DNA of 20,136 nt from NCBI GenBank assembly GCA_048213135.1, contig PS015026.1:137275-157410 (forward strand), in the 5' to 3' direction. The position numbers and the translations under genes were made by a program. Under the pieces are notes generated by a model that did not search any database, was not told the DNA's origin, and worked only from the letters and a program-made list of their open reading frames with translations. This document shows, piece after piece, positions 1 to 12,177 of this stretch. Position 1 is the first letter of the stretch. Each line of letters opens with the position of its first letter. The stretch is from Reclinomonas americana ATCC 50394. Taxonomy: Eukaryota.

Positions 1-243
1 CGCGAAAGACCGACCACTTCTGTTCATATGCGCGACGGGGAGTCTTGCTCCTCGTCTGGTGCAACCCTACACATTTTTTCCTCCCGGCCATTCTCTCCTC
101 TCTTGTCTCTTTTCTCTTATCCTTTCTGTGCGAGAGTCGCTTCTGTCGAGCGTCGATGTACACCGGTGTACTTTGGTTTCCATTTGTCGACGCGCTCGTC
201 AATTTCACTTGTTTTTTCGTCGTCGTTTGTGAGCGAGAGAGAA

Positions 244-2554
244 ATGTCTTCCAAGCGCGTCATGGTGTCTCAAGAAAAGGTGCNNNNNNNNNNNNNNNNN
301 NNNNNNNNNNNNNNNNNNNNNNNNNNNNNNNNNNNNNNNNNNNNNNNNNNNNNNNNNNNNNNNNNNNNNNNNNNNNNNNNNNNNNNNNNNNNNNNNNNNN
401 NNNNNNNNNNNNNNNNNNNNNNNNNNNNNNNNNNNNNNNNNNNNNNNNNNNNNNNNNNNNNNNNNNNNNNNNNNNNNNNNNNNNNNNNNNNNNNNNNNNN
501 NNNNNNNNNNNNNNNNNNNNNNNNNNNNNNNNNNNNNNNNNNNNNNNNNNNNNNNNNNNNNNNNNNNNNNNNNNNNNNNTCTCTCTTTCTTTCGTTAGTC
601 ACAATGTGCAGTCGACTCACTCACACGCTGTGAAGGCACGAGCTGCTCTGCTGGCACACCACCCCTTTGCTCTGTGTGGTGCCGACCTCGCCGACTCTGC
701 ACACACTCTGTGCGCGGTGATTGACTGCCCAGAGAGTGCCTCTCGCATCACCAGTGAAGAGGAGCTTGTCGACGCCGTGGTCTCGGCCGGAAGCATGGTC
801 GGTCAAAGTCACGACCCCAATTGAAGCTGCATGTCGTTCCGATCGTTCGACTGACCGAGTGTAATATTATCGAACATGTGTGTGTCTAGCAATTGCGTGA
901 TGCGTTGTCGGTGGTGGATGTGCAGCAGCTGGCGAGCAAGATGGGCGTGAAGGTGCCGCCGGTGGTGACCAACCCGCGCGCCCATCAGCGAGTGGTGAAA
1001 CAGGTGTGTACGGAAGCGGTGTCTTGTTCGGATTCGAGAACGAGAGAAACTGACTCTTGTTTTGCTGGTGCAGCTCATGCAGCGGTGGACGGAAGAGGTG
1101 GAGGTCGACGACGAGGAGCAGGGTGGCGGGTCGAAGCGGCGACGCGCCAAGAGCTCCTTCAATGTGTTTGTCAGCGATCAGATGCTGGCCATGGCGAATC
1201 CGCAACCGGACGATGTGGAGAATGTGAAGTGAGCGGAGTTGCCTGTGTGTTATCCATGGTGTTGCTGTTCCTCAATCAGGTGATCTTCTACGTGCAGTGC
1301 GTCTGCCCTCAACATGAGAGACAGGATGAAGGAGATCGGTTTGTGTGCATGCATGCATGATGCGTTGTGTGTGGTCAACAGCTGTCCCGTGCTAACGTTT
1401 TTGCCAGCTCGTCGCTGGCGCACCGTGACGCTGGAGGAGCGTGCCGAGTATCGAGATCGAGCAGCGCGTGAGCGTCAACAGCCTACCTCGTCCTCAAAAA
1501 AGGCAAAGAGCGAACCGGAGGCACCAGCCGCAAGCACCACCGCGGCTGCTGCGACTGCAGCGGAATCCGCTCCAGCTTTCACTCCCAAGAAACCCAAGAC
1601 CGCCTACGCCTGTTACACCAGTGCCGAGCGCAGTCGGTGAGCACTATACCGACTATTGGCTCGGCATACTTCCTGCCTGCCTCTCTCACTGCATGCTGCT
1701 CCAGTGTCGTCGCCGAGAATCCGCAAGTTGTCGGTCAGCCCAAGGAGATTACTCGTCTCCTCTGTTGCGTCGCAAGTTGAAGACCACGGTCACCCTTCCC
1801 ACACAAACTCACTTTCCCCGCTCGCAGCTGAAAAGTGGGCGACAGCCACTGCCGAAGTGAAGGCCACGTACGAGGCCATGGCCACGGCCGACCGTGAGCG
1901 GTACCAACGAGAACTGACCACGGGAGAAGTTGAAGGTCTGACACTCATCGTTGACATCGTGACATATTCACGCCGCTCACATGGAGTACAGCACCGCGGG
2001 GCGGCAAGGCACCGTCAGGGGGGAAGCGCGCACCCAAGAAAGCAGCCGACAATGGCGACAGTGGTGCTGCGCCGGCCGCGGCTGAAGAGGACGGACGCAA
2101 GGCACGCTCGGCGTTTGCCATTTTCTCCGCCGCCAAGCGCATGGAGTTGCGTTGCATCCCAGCACCCACCCCAACAATGATACACGCCGTTACTGACGAA
2201 ACTCACAGGAATCCCAACATTCGCCTGACGGAGATTTGTTGCGTTCCCTCCACCGTCTTCCACCCCCCAGTCTCTCCTCCCCACTGACCATCGCACACAG
2301 CGGCACTCTGGCGCGACACCTCCGAGGCCAATCGCGCCCCCTTCCAGGAGGTGGCGGAACGCGAGAAAGCGGCACTGCAGGCCTCCAGTGTGCCGCTGAC
2401 TGCTCTCAGTGCCACACCCGCGCCACCTCTGCCAACAATCGGCGCCGACATGCTGGCGAATCTGCCGCCGCTGCTGTCGACCGACATGGCATCGCTGCCG
2501 CCGCTGCTGGCGACCGACATGGCGTTGTTGCCGCCTCTGCCCCTGCTGCCGTGA
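244..2554 (+). CDS. Multi-exon protein with three HMG boxes (exons approx. 244-279, gap, 612-797, 890-1003, 1074-1228, 1298-1338, 1408-1636, 1705-1763, 1828-1935, 1992-2145, 2209-2237, 2301-2554)
   Basis: GT-AG splicing keeps one open frame and assembles three HMG-box-like units: RRAKSSFNVFVSDQ...MRDRMKEIARRWRTVTLEERAEYRDRAARER; PKKPKTAYACYTSAERSRVVAENPQ...KEITRLLSEKWATATAEVKATYEAMATADRERYQREL; KARSAFAIFSAAKRMENPNIRLTEISALWRDTSEANRAPFQEVAEREK. The 5' part is uncertain because of the gap at 284-579. Confidence 0.85.
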
Positions 2555-2630
2555 TGCAAAAACACAAGCACACACACACACATTCACGTCTATTTCGTCT
2601 TCGTATTCTCTCTACGTGTCTCTGTTGCGA

Positions 2631-5600
2631 CTATGGGGGCGCTTTCCGAATGAAGCACGACACGAAAAAGCCTCCCGTAGCCGTGGTTCCCGGTGAACAG
2701 CGCAGACATGCCGATGCTCCTGCGCACTCGGCGAGTGAGCTGCGTGAGGGGGAGGAGAAACAATAGCGCATAGGCGTACCCTGAAACACCACGTCGCGAC
2801 CGCGGTGTGGCCACGCAGGCATCACGTGCTCCAGCTCAAAGTCCGGACAGGCCTCCAGCACTCGCTGCACCACTCGCTCATTCTCCTCTTCGTGTATGGA
2901 GCACGTCGAGTAGACCATGCGCTGCACCGATGGAACTGCAGTCGGCACACGGACACACAGATAGACGGAGGGGCACAGTGAGAGAGGGTAGAGAGAGAGC
3001 GGGGGAAGAGAGAGAGAGAGGAGGGAGGAGGGAGAGAGAGAGGTGGGAGAGACAACAAAAAGACAGACAGACAGGCAGGCAGAGACACACAGTCAGGCAG
3101 AGAGACAAACAATCACACAAACAAACACGCAGACACATAGACAGACAGACAGATAGACAGATAGGCAGACAGACAGACAGGCAGAGAGACAGACAGACAG
3201 ACAGAGAGGCAGACAGACAGACACACAAACAAACAAGCACACAGACAGGCAAGCAAATACGCAGACAGACAGACAGGTAGGCAGAGAAAACAGCCGGAGA
3301 GGGACAGACAGAGAGACGGAGAGAGAGAGAGAGACAGACAAAACAAACACACAGGCAGACACACAGAGAGACAGACAGACAAAATGTCAAGTGTCGGTGA
3401 AGTGAGTGCTGCCGTGAGCGCAAACAACGCAACAAGAGAGAGCCTTCAAGCAGATCTGCGTCTGGAAACTCGACAGCTTGGAGAGCCGCTCCTGCAGTGC
3501 CTCCTCATCTGCGCAGAGGAGAGTGAGACGGAGGGTGGTGCGAGCAGTGGGTCGCACAAAAACGACGCAACCGACTTGCTCCCACTCGGGTCGATTGGTG
3601 AGGCCACTGCCCGAACATGAGGGGTCACACAAAATGTGCGTGGCTCGCCTCAGCAATGCGTCGTGCTCCGGATCGCATTGCAGGAAGCTGCGCAGGAAGT
3701 TAGTGACGAAGAGACATCATCAACTACATGATCGAGAAAACACAACTCTTCCAGCCGCGTGGTGATGCCTGCACACACAGACGCACAATGAATATCGACT
3801 AGAGATAGAGAGCAAGTCGAGGAACGTGGCACGCACAGGTGGCTCCCGTGCGCTCCACATTGGCGCGCAACGTCTCCATGCGATGCGCGTCACGATCAAA
3901 CGCCACCACCGCGCCCGTGTTGTTCATGAGGGCGGCCAGCAGTGTGGTCTTGTTGCCGGGCGCGGCACATGCGTCGACCACCACTGGCTCGAGCGCAAGG
4001 TCCGCCGAACCACTGGCCTCCCCGTTCGCCGCCTGCCTCTTTCGTCGCTCTTTGCGGTTCAAGGGCGTCGCCGGCACTGCGCTGCGACCGCGTGGTGGAT
4101 CCAACACGAGCGCCGGCAAGCAGCTGCTCTTTTCCTGCACGACCAGCGCACCCGATCGCACCAACTGGTTGCGCAGAATGGCCTTGTCGTCGTGCGCGAA
4201 TACGAGAAGCAGGTGAGGGAAGTCGACGTCCACGGTGAATGATTTCTCCTTTTCCACTTCACTGAAAAGGATAATGAGTGGGAGGTGGTGGTGGGTGGAA
4301 AAGCACGGGCGGGGTGGCGCAACTCAAATGACTCCACGCGACGGTAGCCCGACGACAGCACCTCCACCACCTCCTCCATGCTCGTTCGTAGTGTGTTGAC
4401 GCGCATGTAGCGGGGAATGGAGCGGTCGACTGTGGTGTGTGTGAGTGGGAGGTGAAGGGGAGTGAAAGAGAGTACGTGCGGAAGTACCAGCTTCATCGCG
4501 CAATCGTTCTGGAATGAGATCCTCGTTGCGCTCTACTTGTTTGCGTTTCTGGTTGGCGGAAGGGAGGTTGGTGGGAAACGAGGGGTCGACACAGAGATAC
4601 ACGAGAACACAAGAACGGTGAACATACATGCACAAGGTGCAACACAATGCAGACAGGGAGCCAACAAACACGCACACGTACTTACAATCAAGAAACGCAG
4701 AACAATGGAACACACCGCAAACAAGAAGCACAGTGCAATGGAACAGATGAGCCAATGCAAATGACCACGTAGGCTGAGATAAAGAGAACGCAGAATAACA
4801 CATCACGGACCAACAATAGAGAATGCAAATGCGCAAATGCACTCGTTGACAAAGAGACGCGGCACGCGTAAACAGAAAAGCAACGAAGAGTAACTAAGAA
4901 ACCAAGCACAACACAGTCAAGCAATACAAAGCATGCACAATATAAACAAGGACAATTCACACATAAGCACACACACACACACACAAAACACAAATACACA
5001 TACACATACACGTGTGCGCTCACCTTGAGTGCCTGCAGTGCGTTCTGGAACTTTTGCTTGTTGCCCTGAATCAGCCGCACCGCTGGCGACTTGGAGCGAA
5101 GGCCATTCAGACCGGTGCCAAAGAGCACATCGTACACCAGCAAGTACAGCAGAGGCTTGGAGAGCTGCGCACAGCGGAGGAGTGAGGGCGAATCATCGTC
5201 GCAGCGCAGTAAGAGGGGCTCGCGCAACAGTCTCTGTTGGCTTGAACTGCAGAGGCCAGCAGTTAGCACGAAGAATGCAACAGAAGTGGGGGAACGAAGG
5301 ACCGAACCCGAGTTGCGCGCAACACTTGCTCAATGGCCTCCGAATCTGTCGGCGACAAGGTGAGTGCCATGACAAGCATGCGATGGGAGTGACCACGATG
5401 CAGCGCAACATTTCAGTGTCTGGCACACCAGTGCATACGTGAATCTGAGGGGAGGAGGATGTGAGAGAGAGGGAAGCAAGATCGTCTGCATTCGTGCCAG
5501 TGTGCGCAAGGGGAGGAGAGTGTCGGAGCGAGTGCCTTCGTTTCTCGTGGCAGGGTGAACGATCACAGGGGTGCCAGTGTGAGTGAGTGCGAGAAGGAGA

Positions 5601-6703
5601 GAGAGAGAAAGAGAGAGAACGGAACAGTTCATGATTCACTCTCTCCGGCATGCACGCGATCAGAGATCACTCTTGCTGCTGCCTGTGTGTAAGAGTCGAG
5701 TGCGAGAGTGTGACAGAAAGACAGAGAGTATGAAGAGCTCCTCGACTCACTCTCGCCTTGCACGCATGATCACTTCTGTGCTCTCTCTGTGAGTGCGTGT
5801 GAGTGTGAGAGAATGAAAGAGCACCTCGTGAGTCACTCTCGCCTTGCATACATGCAAGCAGACGGAGATCACTCTTGCTGCTGCTGCTCTCTCGCTATGA
5901 GTATGCGAAAGAGACAGCACCTCGATTCACTCTCGCCTTGCATGCACGCAGTCAGAGCTTACTCTTGCTGCTGCTGCTGCGCTCAATCTCTCTCTCTCTC
6001 TCTGTGTGCATAAGTGTGAGTGTGAGAGAACGAAAGAGCACCGCGTGATTCACTCTCGCCTTGCATACATGCAGACGGAGATCACTCAGGCTGCTCTCTT
6101 TCTCTCCCCTAACTCTCTCTCTCTGTGCATAAGTGCGAGTGTGAGAGAACGAAAGAGCACCGCGTGATTCACTCTCTCCTTGCATGCATGCAGACGGAGA
6201 TCACTCAGGCTGCTCTCTTTCTCTCCCCTCACTCTCTCTCTGTGCATAAGTGTGAGTGTGAGAGAACGAAAGAGCACCGCGTGATTCACTCTCGCCTTGC
6301 ATGCATGCAGACGGAGATCACTCTTGCTGCTCTCTTTCTCTCCCCTCTCCCCCTCTCTGTGTGTAAGTGAGTGAAGAGCACATCGTTCAGTCTCTTCTAG
6401 CAGTCACAGATCTCTCTCTTTGTGAGTGTGAGTGTGACCTAAAATCATGATGCACTCCCTCCTTGCATGCATGCATGTACTCACAGATCACTCCTGCTGC
6501 TCTCTCTCTGTGCATAAGTGTGAGTGTATGACAGAAGCACTCCGTCATTCACTCTCTCCTTGCATGCATGCACTCACTGTCTCTCTCTCTCACTCGTTTC
6601 ACACGCACTTCTTATTCTTCACCGCATCGCGCAACGACAAGTCACGCGCACTGCCTCGCCTCGCCCACACATCACCCAACACCCTCTCCGCATCATTATA
6701 CAT
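2631..6703 (-). CDS. NSUN5: NSUN5/Rcm1 large-subunit rRNA cytosine-C5 methyltransferase, 13 exons (6703-6609, 5444-5410, 5345-5308, 5246-5229, 5164-5024, 4548-4488, 4429-4324, 4261-3837, 3768-3747, 3687-3572, 3508-3434, 2935-2780, 2719-2631)
   Basis: Spliced product contains MYNDAERVL...[86 protein letters not shown] and GFFVSCF. These are NOL1/NOP2/Sun motifs plus the NSUN5-type N-terminus, and all exon phases are consistent. Confidence 0.95.
2950..3382. repeat. Degenerate (GACA)n/(GA)n microsatellite tract filling NSUN5 intron 11
   Basis: Runs of gaca/gagaga seen directly; lies inside the intron at 2936-3433. Confidence 0.9.
5575..6580. repeat. Tandem minisatellite, unit about 118 bp, roughly 9-10 copies, inside NSUN5 intron 1
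   Basis: Near-identical units (gtgcataagtgtgagtgtgagagaacgaaagagcaccgcgtgattcactctcgccttgcat...cagacggagatcactc) start at about 6006, 6125 and 6242, with more diverged copies on both sides. Confidence 0.9.
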
Positions 6704-6990
6704 CACACTGACAAACACACACACTGACACAAAGAGAAGAAGAGAACAAAGACACACACACACACACAGAAGAGGAAGAGAGCAAAAAAGACACAGACAC
6801 TCGCTCTCTCTGTCTTTCTCTCTCTCAGACACACACACACACACACACACACTCTCACACACACACACACACTCTCTCTCACACAGACACACGCTCGCTC
6901 TTCAATCGTTCATTGTAATCGACTGAAATGCGTCTGTTGATTTTCTTCTTTTGTGTTTGTTTGTTTGTGTTTTGTTTGTTTGTTTTTCTT
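6704..6990. promoter_or_regulatory. Probable bidirectional promoter region between divergent NSUN5 and CFAP157-like start codons
   Basis: Head-to-head ATGs at 6703 (-) and 6991 (+), only 287 bp apart; the interval is mostly CA/CT and T/GT-rich low-complexity sequence. Promoter function is inferred from position only. Confidence 0.5.
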
Positions 6991-7218
6991 ATGGCTGATG
7001 ATAGCAATGGAGATGCTTCGTTGTCGTTTGAGAATGAGCTGATGGCGATTCAGATGCGGTTGGCGGGCGCGGAGCAGAGGTTGGGCGAGAAGGTGTGTGT
7101 GTGAGAGAGAGTGTGTGTGTGTGTGGGAGAGAGATAGATGGAGTGTGAGAGAGAGAAAGAGAGAGCATTGTGTGAGGGAGAGAGATCGACTTGTGATTGT
7201 TGATTTCGTGAAGAGTGT

Positions 7219-7276
<58 letters not shown>

Positions 7277-10200
7277 TGGTGTGTGTGTGTGAGAGAGAGA
7301 GAGAGAGTATGTGCGATGTTGGACTGCGTTGTGTGTGAGAGATCGTTCTGTGATGAGCAGTTGTGCACTCTCACCTTCTCTGCCTGGCCCTCTTCCTCTC
7401 TCTCGTGTCTGGTCTCTCTTGCGTTTGTGAGCAAAGTGCGATCGTTGGTTGTTTTGTGTGGCGTGGAGACTTGAAAGTGAGAAACGCAGTCGTTCTTGGC
7501 CATGTGCACGTGTTGCTGAGCGTGTGTGATCGCTCAGCGTTGGTGTGTATCGGTGTCGATCGTCGTTTTTCTCGTCTCTCAAACACATTCACAAACCGTC
7601 ATCTCTCAGCGCCGTTCTTTCTCTCTCTCTTTCACACACACTCGCACGATTACTCGCACAGTCACGGTTCGCTGGTGCGTGTTCTCAACACGTAGGCGAC
7701 GGCTGCTTGCTTACCGTTGTTCTTTCGTCGCCGTTCTTCTCTCCCTCCTCACTCCACGTGTGTGTATTTCTCAGCGCGTTGCGATGGCAAATCGCTTATC
7801 GTTGTCTTTCGTCGGTGTTCTTTCTCTCCCCTCTCTTGGTTCACACATTTGCACGATTACTCGCACAGTCACGGTTCGCTGGTGCGTGTTCCTCAGCACG
7901 TAGGCGATGGGTGCTTGCTTACCGTTGTTCTTTCGTCGCCGGTCTTCCCTCCTCCTGTCCTCCTGGACGTGTATTCCCCAGCTCGATGGCGATGTGGATC
8001 TCTTATCGTTGTCTTTCATCGCTGTTCTTCGTGCCGTCTCTTGCATTCTCTGTGACATGCTTGCACGATTACTCGCAGTCGCGGTTTCTGTGCGTGTGAT
8101 CCTCATCACGATGGCGATAGGTGCTCCCTTTCCGTTGTTCTTTCGTCGGCCCCCTCCTCTCCATACGGGTGTGTATTCCCCAGCTCGATGGCGATGGCAG
8201 ATCGCTTATCGTTGTCTTTCGTCGCCATTCCATCTCTCCTCATGCTGACACATACATGCACCTTTCTTGCACAACTGCGGTGCTCGTGTGTTCCGTAGAC
8301 GTGATCGCTTGCTTTCTCATTTCTCGATGCCGATCGCTTTTGTCACTTAAACGCAGTGTACCTGTCGTTCTACTTCTGTCGTCTGTCTCTCCCATCTCGC
8401 ACTCGCACAACCACGGTGTACGCACCCCACATTTCGTTTGGGATGCCATGTTATCGTCTTTCGTCTTCTATCGATGACAATCATCGATCACGCATCTCCA
8501 TACCGCACACTGTCGCATTCTCTTCTCCCTTGCATTGCTCTCTTGTACGATCCCTCTTTTGTCATTGCTGTTGCTCTCCCCCTTCACCCTTTCACCCTCC
8601 CTCCTCTCTCCCCAGGACAACATCATTGAACAACTACGAGCCTACTGCGTCAGCCTGCAAGAACAACTGGAAGACGTCAAGGACGACCTGCGCACGACTG
8701 AGGAGAAGTGTGCGGTTCGTTATCCCCCATCCCTCTTCCACCCTTCCCCCCTCCCTTCCCCCGTCATCCCCACCCTTCTCCCACCCGTAGGTGGAGGTCT
8801 ACGTGGTCAAGGAGGAGAAAGAGTCGGAGGTGCTGGAGAAGGAGGTGACGATCCGCTCACTGCAAATCGAGGTGGAGCGGCAGAGCAACGAGGTGGCGCT
8901 GTACCGGCAGTACGAGTTGGAGAACATCAAGCTGCGCAAGTCGGTGGTGGAGCTGCAGGAGCGACTGTTGCGAGTGGAGCGGGAGTCGACGCACCGGGAA
9001 CGCGACCTGAAGGAGGACATTGCGAGATATCGCTCGATGCTCGACGAGGAGTTCCGCTCGCAGCTCGCCTCCAGCGAGGCGCGCTTTCGACAAATGGCAT
9101 TCGACGATCTCGACGAGGAGGCCAGGAAGGCTCTCACCGAGAATCGCAAGCTGCACAAGGCGCTATCGGAGCAGAGCGATCAGGTGGAGTTGATTCTCGA
9201 GCGCGCACGCCATCTGGAGGCCGAGAAACGGAAACTTGTGCGTTTTTCATTCATTCTCGCGACATTCATGTCGTCTTCTTCTTCTTGTATGCTGATTATT
9301 GGGGTGGCGCAAAAAAAGACGGTGGACGTGTCGGTGAGCCACGAGGCGGAGGATTTGCGCTCGCGGGAAATGAGTATTCTGCGCAAGCGGCTGTACGAGA
9401 CGCAGACGAGAGCGACACAGCTCGAGGATGCGTTGCGCACGAGAGAGGTGGAGCAGGCGTCGATGCAGCTGTTGTACTCGGAGTTTGAAGTTGCGGCTGC
9501 GTGGTGGAGGGAGCGCGATGTCATGACCGGTCCTCACATGCTGCATGCAGCGGCTGCGTGGGGAGTTGGAGGAGACCAAGAAGAAATACGAAGCCGCCAA
9601 GCTGGAGGCTGAAAGGTGGCGCGCCAAAGCAATGCATGGCGCCAGCAGTGAGCCCGAGTCGTCGGTGCGTGCTGATTTCCGTGCTAGTTGCATTTCACGA
9701 GATACAGAAAAAAAGAAGTCTCACTTGTCGCGCATACAGTTTCTCTCTCGCCTTCCGCCACGAGTTGCGCGTCGTTTTTTGCCCCGTATTGTGGTCCTCA
9801 CTCGTGGCCGTTACTCACAACTCCCACCGTTTCCTTTCCAATCCTCCCCCCACCTCCCGCACGCACAGTTCCGCGCCGATCGAGGTTTGTCTGCTTTGGC
9901 GCACGCATTTTTTATATATTGAGTGCGTGTTTCCGATATCGGCGGTGAAAAAATTCTCACAATACACAACACCACCACGGCAGACGACGAGGCAGCAATT
10001 GACGAGACGCATGCCAGGAGGATAGGCGACAGCGAGGAGGACACCAGGCGCATCTGGAACGCGCAGCTGTCGGGTGATTCCACCCTGGGCGATCGTCCTG
10101 TTTCACTCTTCTCCTCCAGCGAGGCCTCTTCGCCCACGCAGCAGCCGCCGCAACCCCTTTCGGCGTCTGGCTCCGAGGGGCAACAGCAACGCACGCGCGC

Positions 10201-10411
10201 TGCACCGCCTCCCTCACCGCACCTCTACCCGGGTGGACCGCTGCGCTCGGAGGCCGAGCGCGTGGAAAAGGATCGCGCACTCAGCGTGCTGAACAAGGCC
10301 TCGGTGCGCGTGGTGGCCAAACCGGCCAGGCGCGCCGATGCTGCGGCAGCACTGGCGGCCAACGGGCTTGGTGTACAGGGACGCGCACCGGTTCGTTACG
10401 TTGTACCGTGA
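6991..10411 (+). CDS. Long coiled-coil protein, CFAP157-like (exons approx. 6991-7092, 8616-8714, 8791-9237, 9319-9489, 9551-9664, 9740-9763, 9869-9884, 9984-10411)
   Basis: Phase-consistent GT-AG splicing gives an E/K/R/L-rich heptad protein. The segment FRQMAFDDLDEEARKALTENRKLHKALSEQSDQVELILERARHLEAEKRKLTVDVSVSHEAE resembles my recollection of the cilia/flagella-associated protein 157 family, so the family call is tentative. Confidence 0.7.
7093..7310. repeat. (GT)n/(GA)n microsatellite at the start of CFAP157-like intron 1
   Basis: Alternating gtgt and gaga runs seen directly. Confidence 0.9.
7630..8240. repeat. Tandem repeat, unit about 210 bp, about 3 copies with an internal sub-repeat, inside CFAP157-like intron 1
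   Basis: gcacgattactcgca recurs at 7644, 7851 and 8063. Each unit carries two related blocks, gcttaccgttgttctttcgtcg and gcttatcgttgtctttc. Confidence 0.85.
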
Positions 10412-11394
10412 CAGTGAAAGGGAAGAAGGCACGAGAAAGACGGGCCGGGGGTCACGCGGGCAAGTGAGTCTGTTTTCAGCACCGATTGCCTTTTCAAGTG
10501 GCAGGCTCCGCCTGGCTGCTGTGCCCATAGCATCTTTCGCACGGACGATGACCGCCGCACGTCGCCATGCTGTAGCATGTCCTACACACCCGATGCCGCG
10601 GCGTCCTCTCAGCAAGGACCGCATCCACGCGCGAGATTCCCGCAGGCCGGCGCCTCCTTTCGGGCACGCCATGCGACATTCGTCTTTCGGCATTACCGGC
10701 GCCGCGAATGAGCATCGATAGGTCCACGCTCAATGGCTGTGTCCCCCCTCTCTCTCTTCCCACCCACTGACACAGGCGCATGGGTGGGCGTGTTGCGTTG
10801 TGCGTGCACATATATTCATTGGTTCGCACAACAAGAATAGAATATGTGGTGGCGACCGAGTGGCCTAAATTGAATCTTGCGCGACACGATCGTGTGCACA
10901 CGTCAGCAACGGTCGCCAACGACACCTCCCGCAACGCATTGGGCGACAGCAGTGCTCCCACCGGATGCCCACGGCGCGAGGGTGAGTTGGGGTCGCCATG
11001 ATGTGCTTTAGCCGTTTTCGGCGATCACTGCTGTATCGTGCGCGGATTGTTTTCACTTTATTCTTTTCCTTCCCTCCAGTCGTGTTCGTATCTCACTTTC
11101 CCTTTCGCTGCGCGCGCAGGTTCGTTGCCAGCGCGGGTGGAGCCCCGGGGCGCCCGCGATGACGACGAGACACGGCGGTTGTGCACAATCAAGGCAAGCA
11201 GGTGGCTTTTCGATTGGTCGTTGCCCATTGACGAAAGACGTTTGCCCTTTTTTGCCGCCGTGACCACGAAGCGACACAGAACACAAATTGGACGACGGAG
11301 CGGAGCGCGCGCGCACACTACCTCGAACAAACGACGCGGAGAGAGAGAGAGGAGAGAACACGCATTCTTCCTGTGCCTTCTCCTGCCTTCTTCC

Positions 11395-11988
11395 ATGGAT
11401 CAATCGTCTGCGGCCTTGCTTCGCGGGCCGGCCCCCACCAGTGGCAACAGCAGCAACAGCAGCAGCATCGCAGCTTGCCTTCAGCAGCACCACCATCTCA
11501 ACCCTCTTCTTCACCACCACCACCACCACACTCAGCAGCAGCAGCAGCAACAGCAACAGCAGCAACAGCGGTACTCTGACGGTCTGCTGATGGCCGGCGT
11601 CTCCACCTTTGGCGACTCGATGCACGAGCACGGTGGCCGAGTTCCTGTTTCCGTCGTGTCGCGCACCAGTGGATCCTTTGTGCTGCCGCTCTCCATGGTC
11701 GCCGTCGATGACCCCTTTGGCCAGGCACAGCAGCAGCAGCAGCTCTATCAGCAGCAGCAGTTCCAGCTCTTGCGCCAACAACAACAGCAGCAGCAGCAGC
11801 AGCAACGAGCGGCGGTTGGCGACGATTATGATGGTGCTGCGGAGGATCAGCAGCTGGACTTTGATGGCCTCGTCCACCGACAGCGCCTGCAACAGCAGCA
11901 GCAGCAACTCCAACAACAGCAGCGACAGTTTATGGCGACCGCTTCTTCCTCAGACGGGAAAGCATATTCGTCGTCGGCGTTTCAACAA
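11395..11988 (+). CDS. N-terminal polyQ/polyH low-complexity part of a putative transcription regulator (runs into gap)
   Basis: ATG at 11395 opens MDQSSAALL..., with several CAG/CAA polyQ tracts, open up to the N gap. It probably continues in 13892-12721 (-). Confidence 0.7.
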
Positions 11989-12177
11989 NNNNNNNNNNNN
12001 NNNNNNNNNNNNNNNNNNNNNNNNNNNNNNNNNNNNNNNNNNNNNNNNNNNNNNNNNNNNNNNNNNNNNNNNNNNNNNNNNNNNNNNNNNNNNNNNNNNN
12101 NNNNNNNNNNNNNNNNNNNNNNNNNNNNNNNNNNNNNNNNNNNNNNNNNNNNNNNNNNNNNNNNNNNNNNNNNNNNN

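Noticed and set aside
636-732. Possible GC-AG intron in the HMG gene
   Set aside because: The frame is open without it and the upstream phase is hidden by the gap, so it cannot be supported.
2807-3435. ORFs over the GACA, CA and GA microsatellites (also around 6447-7588 and 15255-15509)
   Set aside because: Stop-poor low-complexity translations of intronic or intergenic repeats.
5575-8240. CRISPR-like repeat-spacer arrays
   Set aside because: Units are long, degenerate, lack unique spacers and lie in eukaryotic introns; no cas genes are present.
10845-10920. tRNA-like D-loop sequence (ccgagtggcctaa)
   Set aside because: No T-loop GTTCRA or cloverleaf at the right spacing.
10998-11080. Possible C/D snoRNA (ATGATG) in a putative intron
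   Set aside because: No matching CTGA D box or terminal stem.
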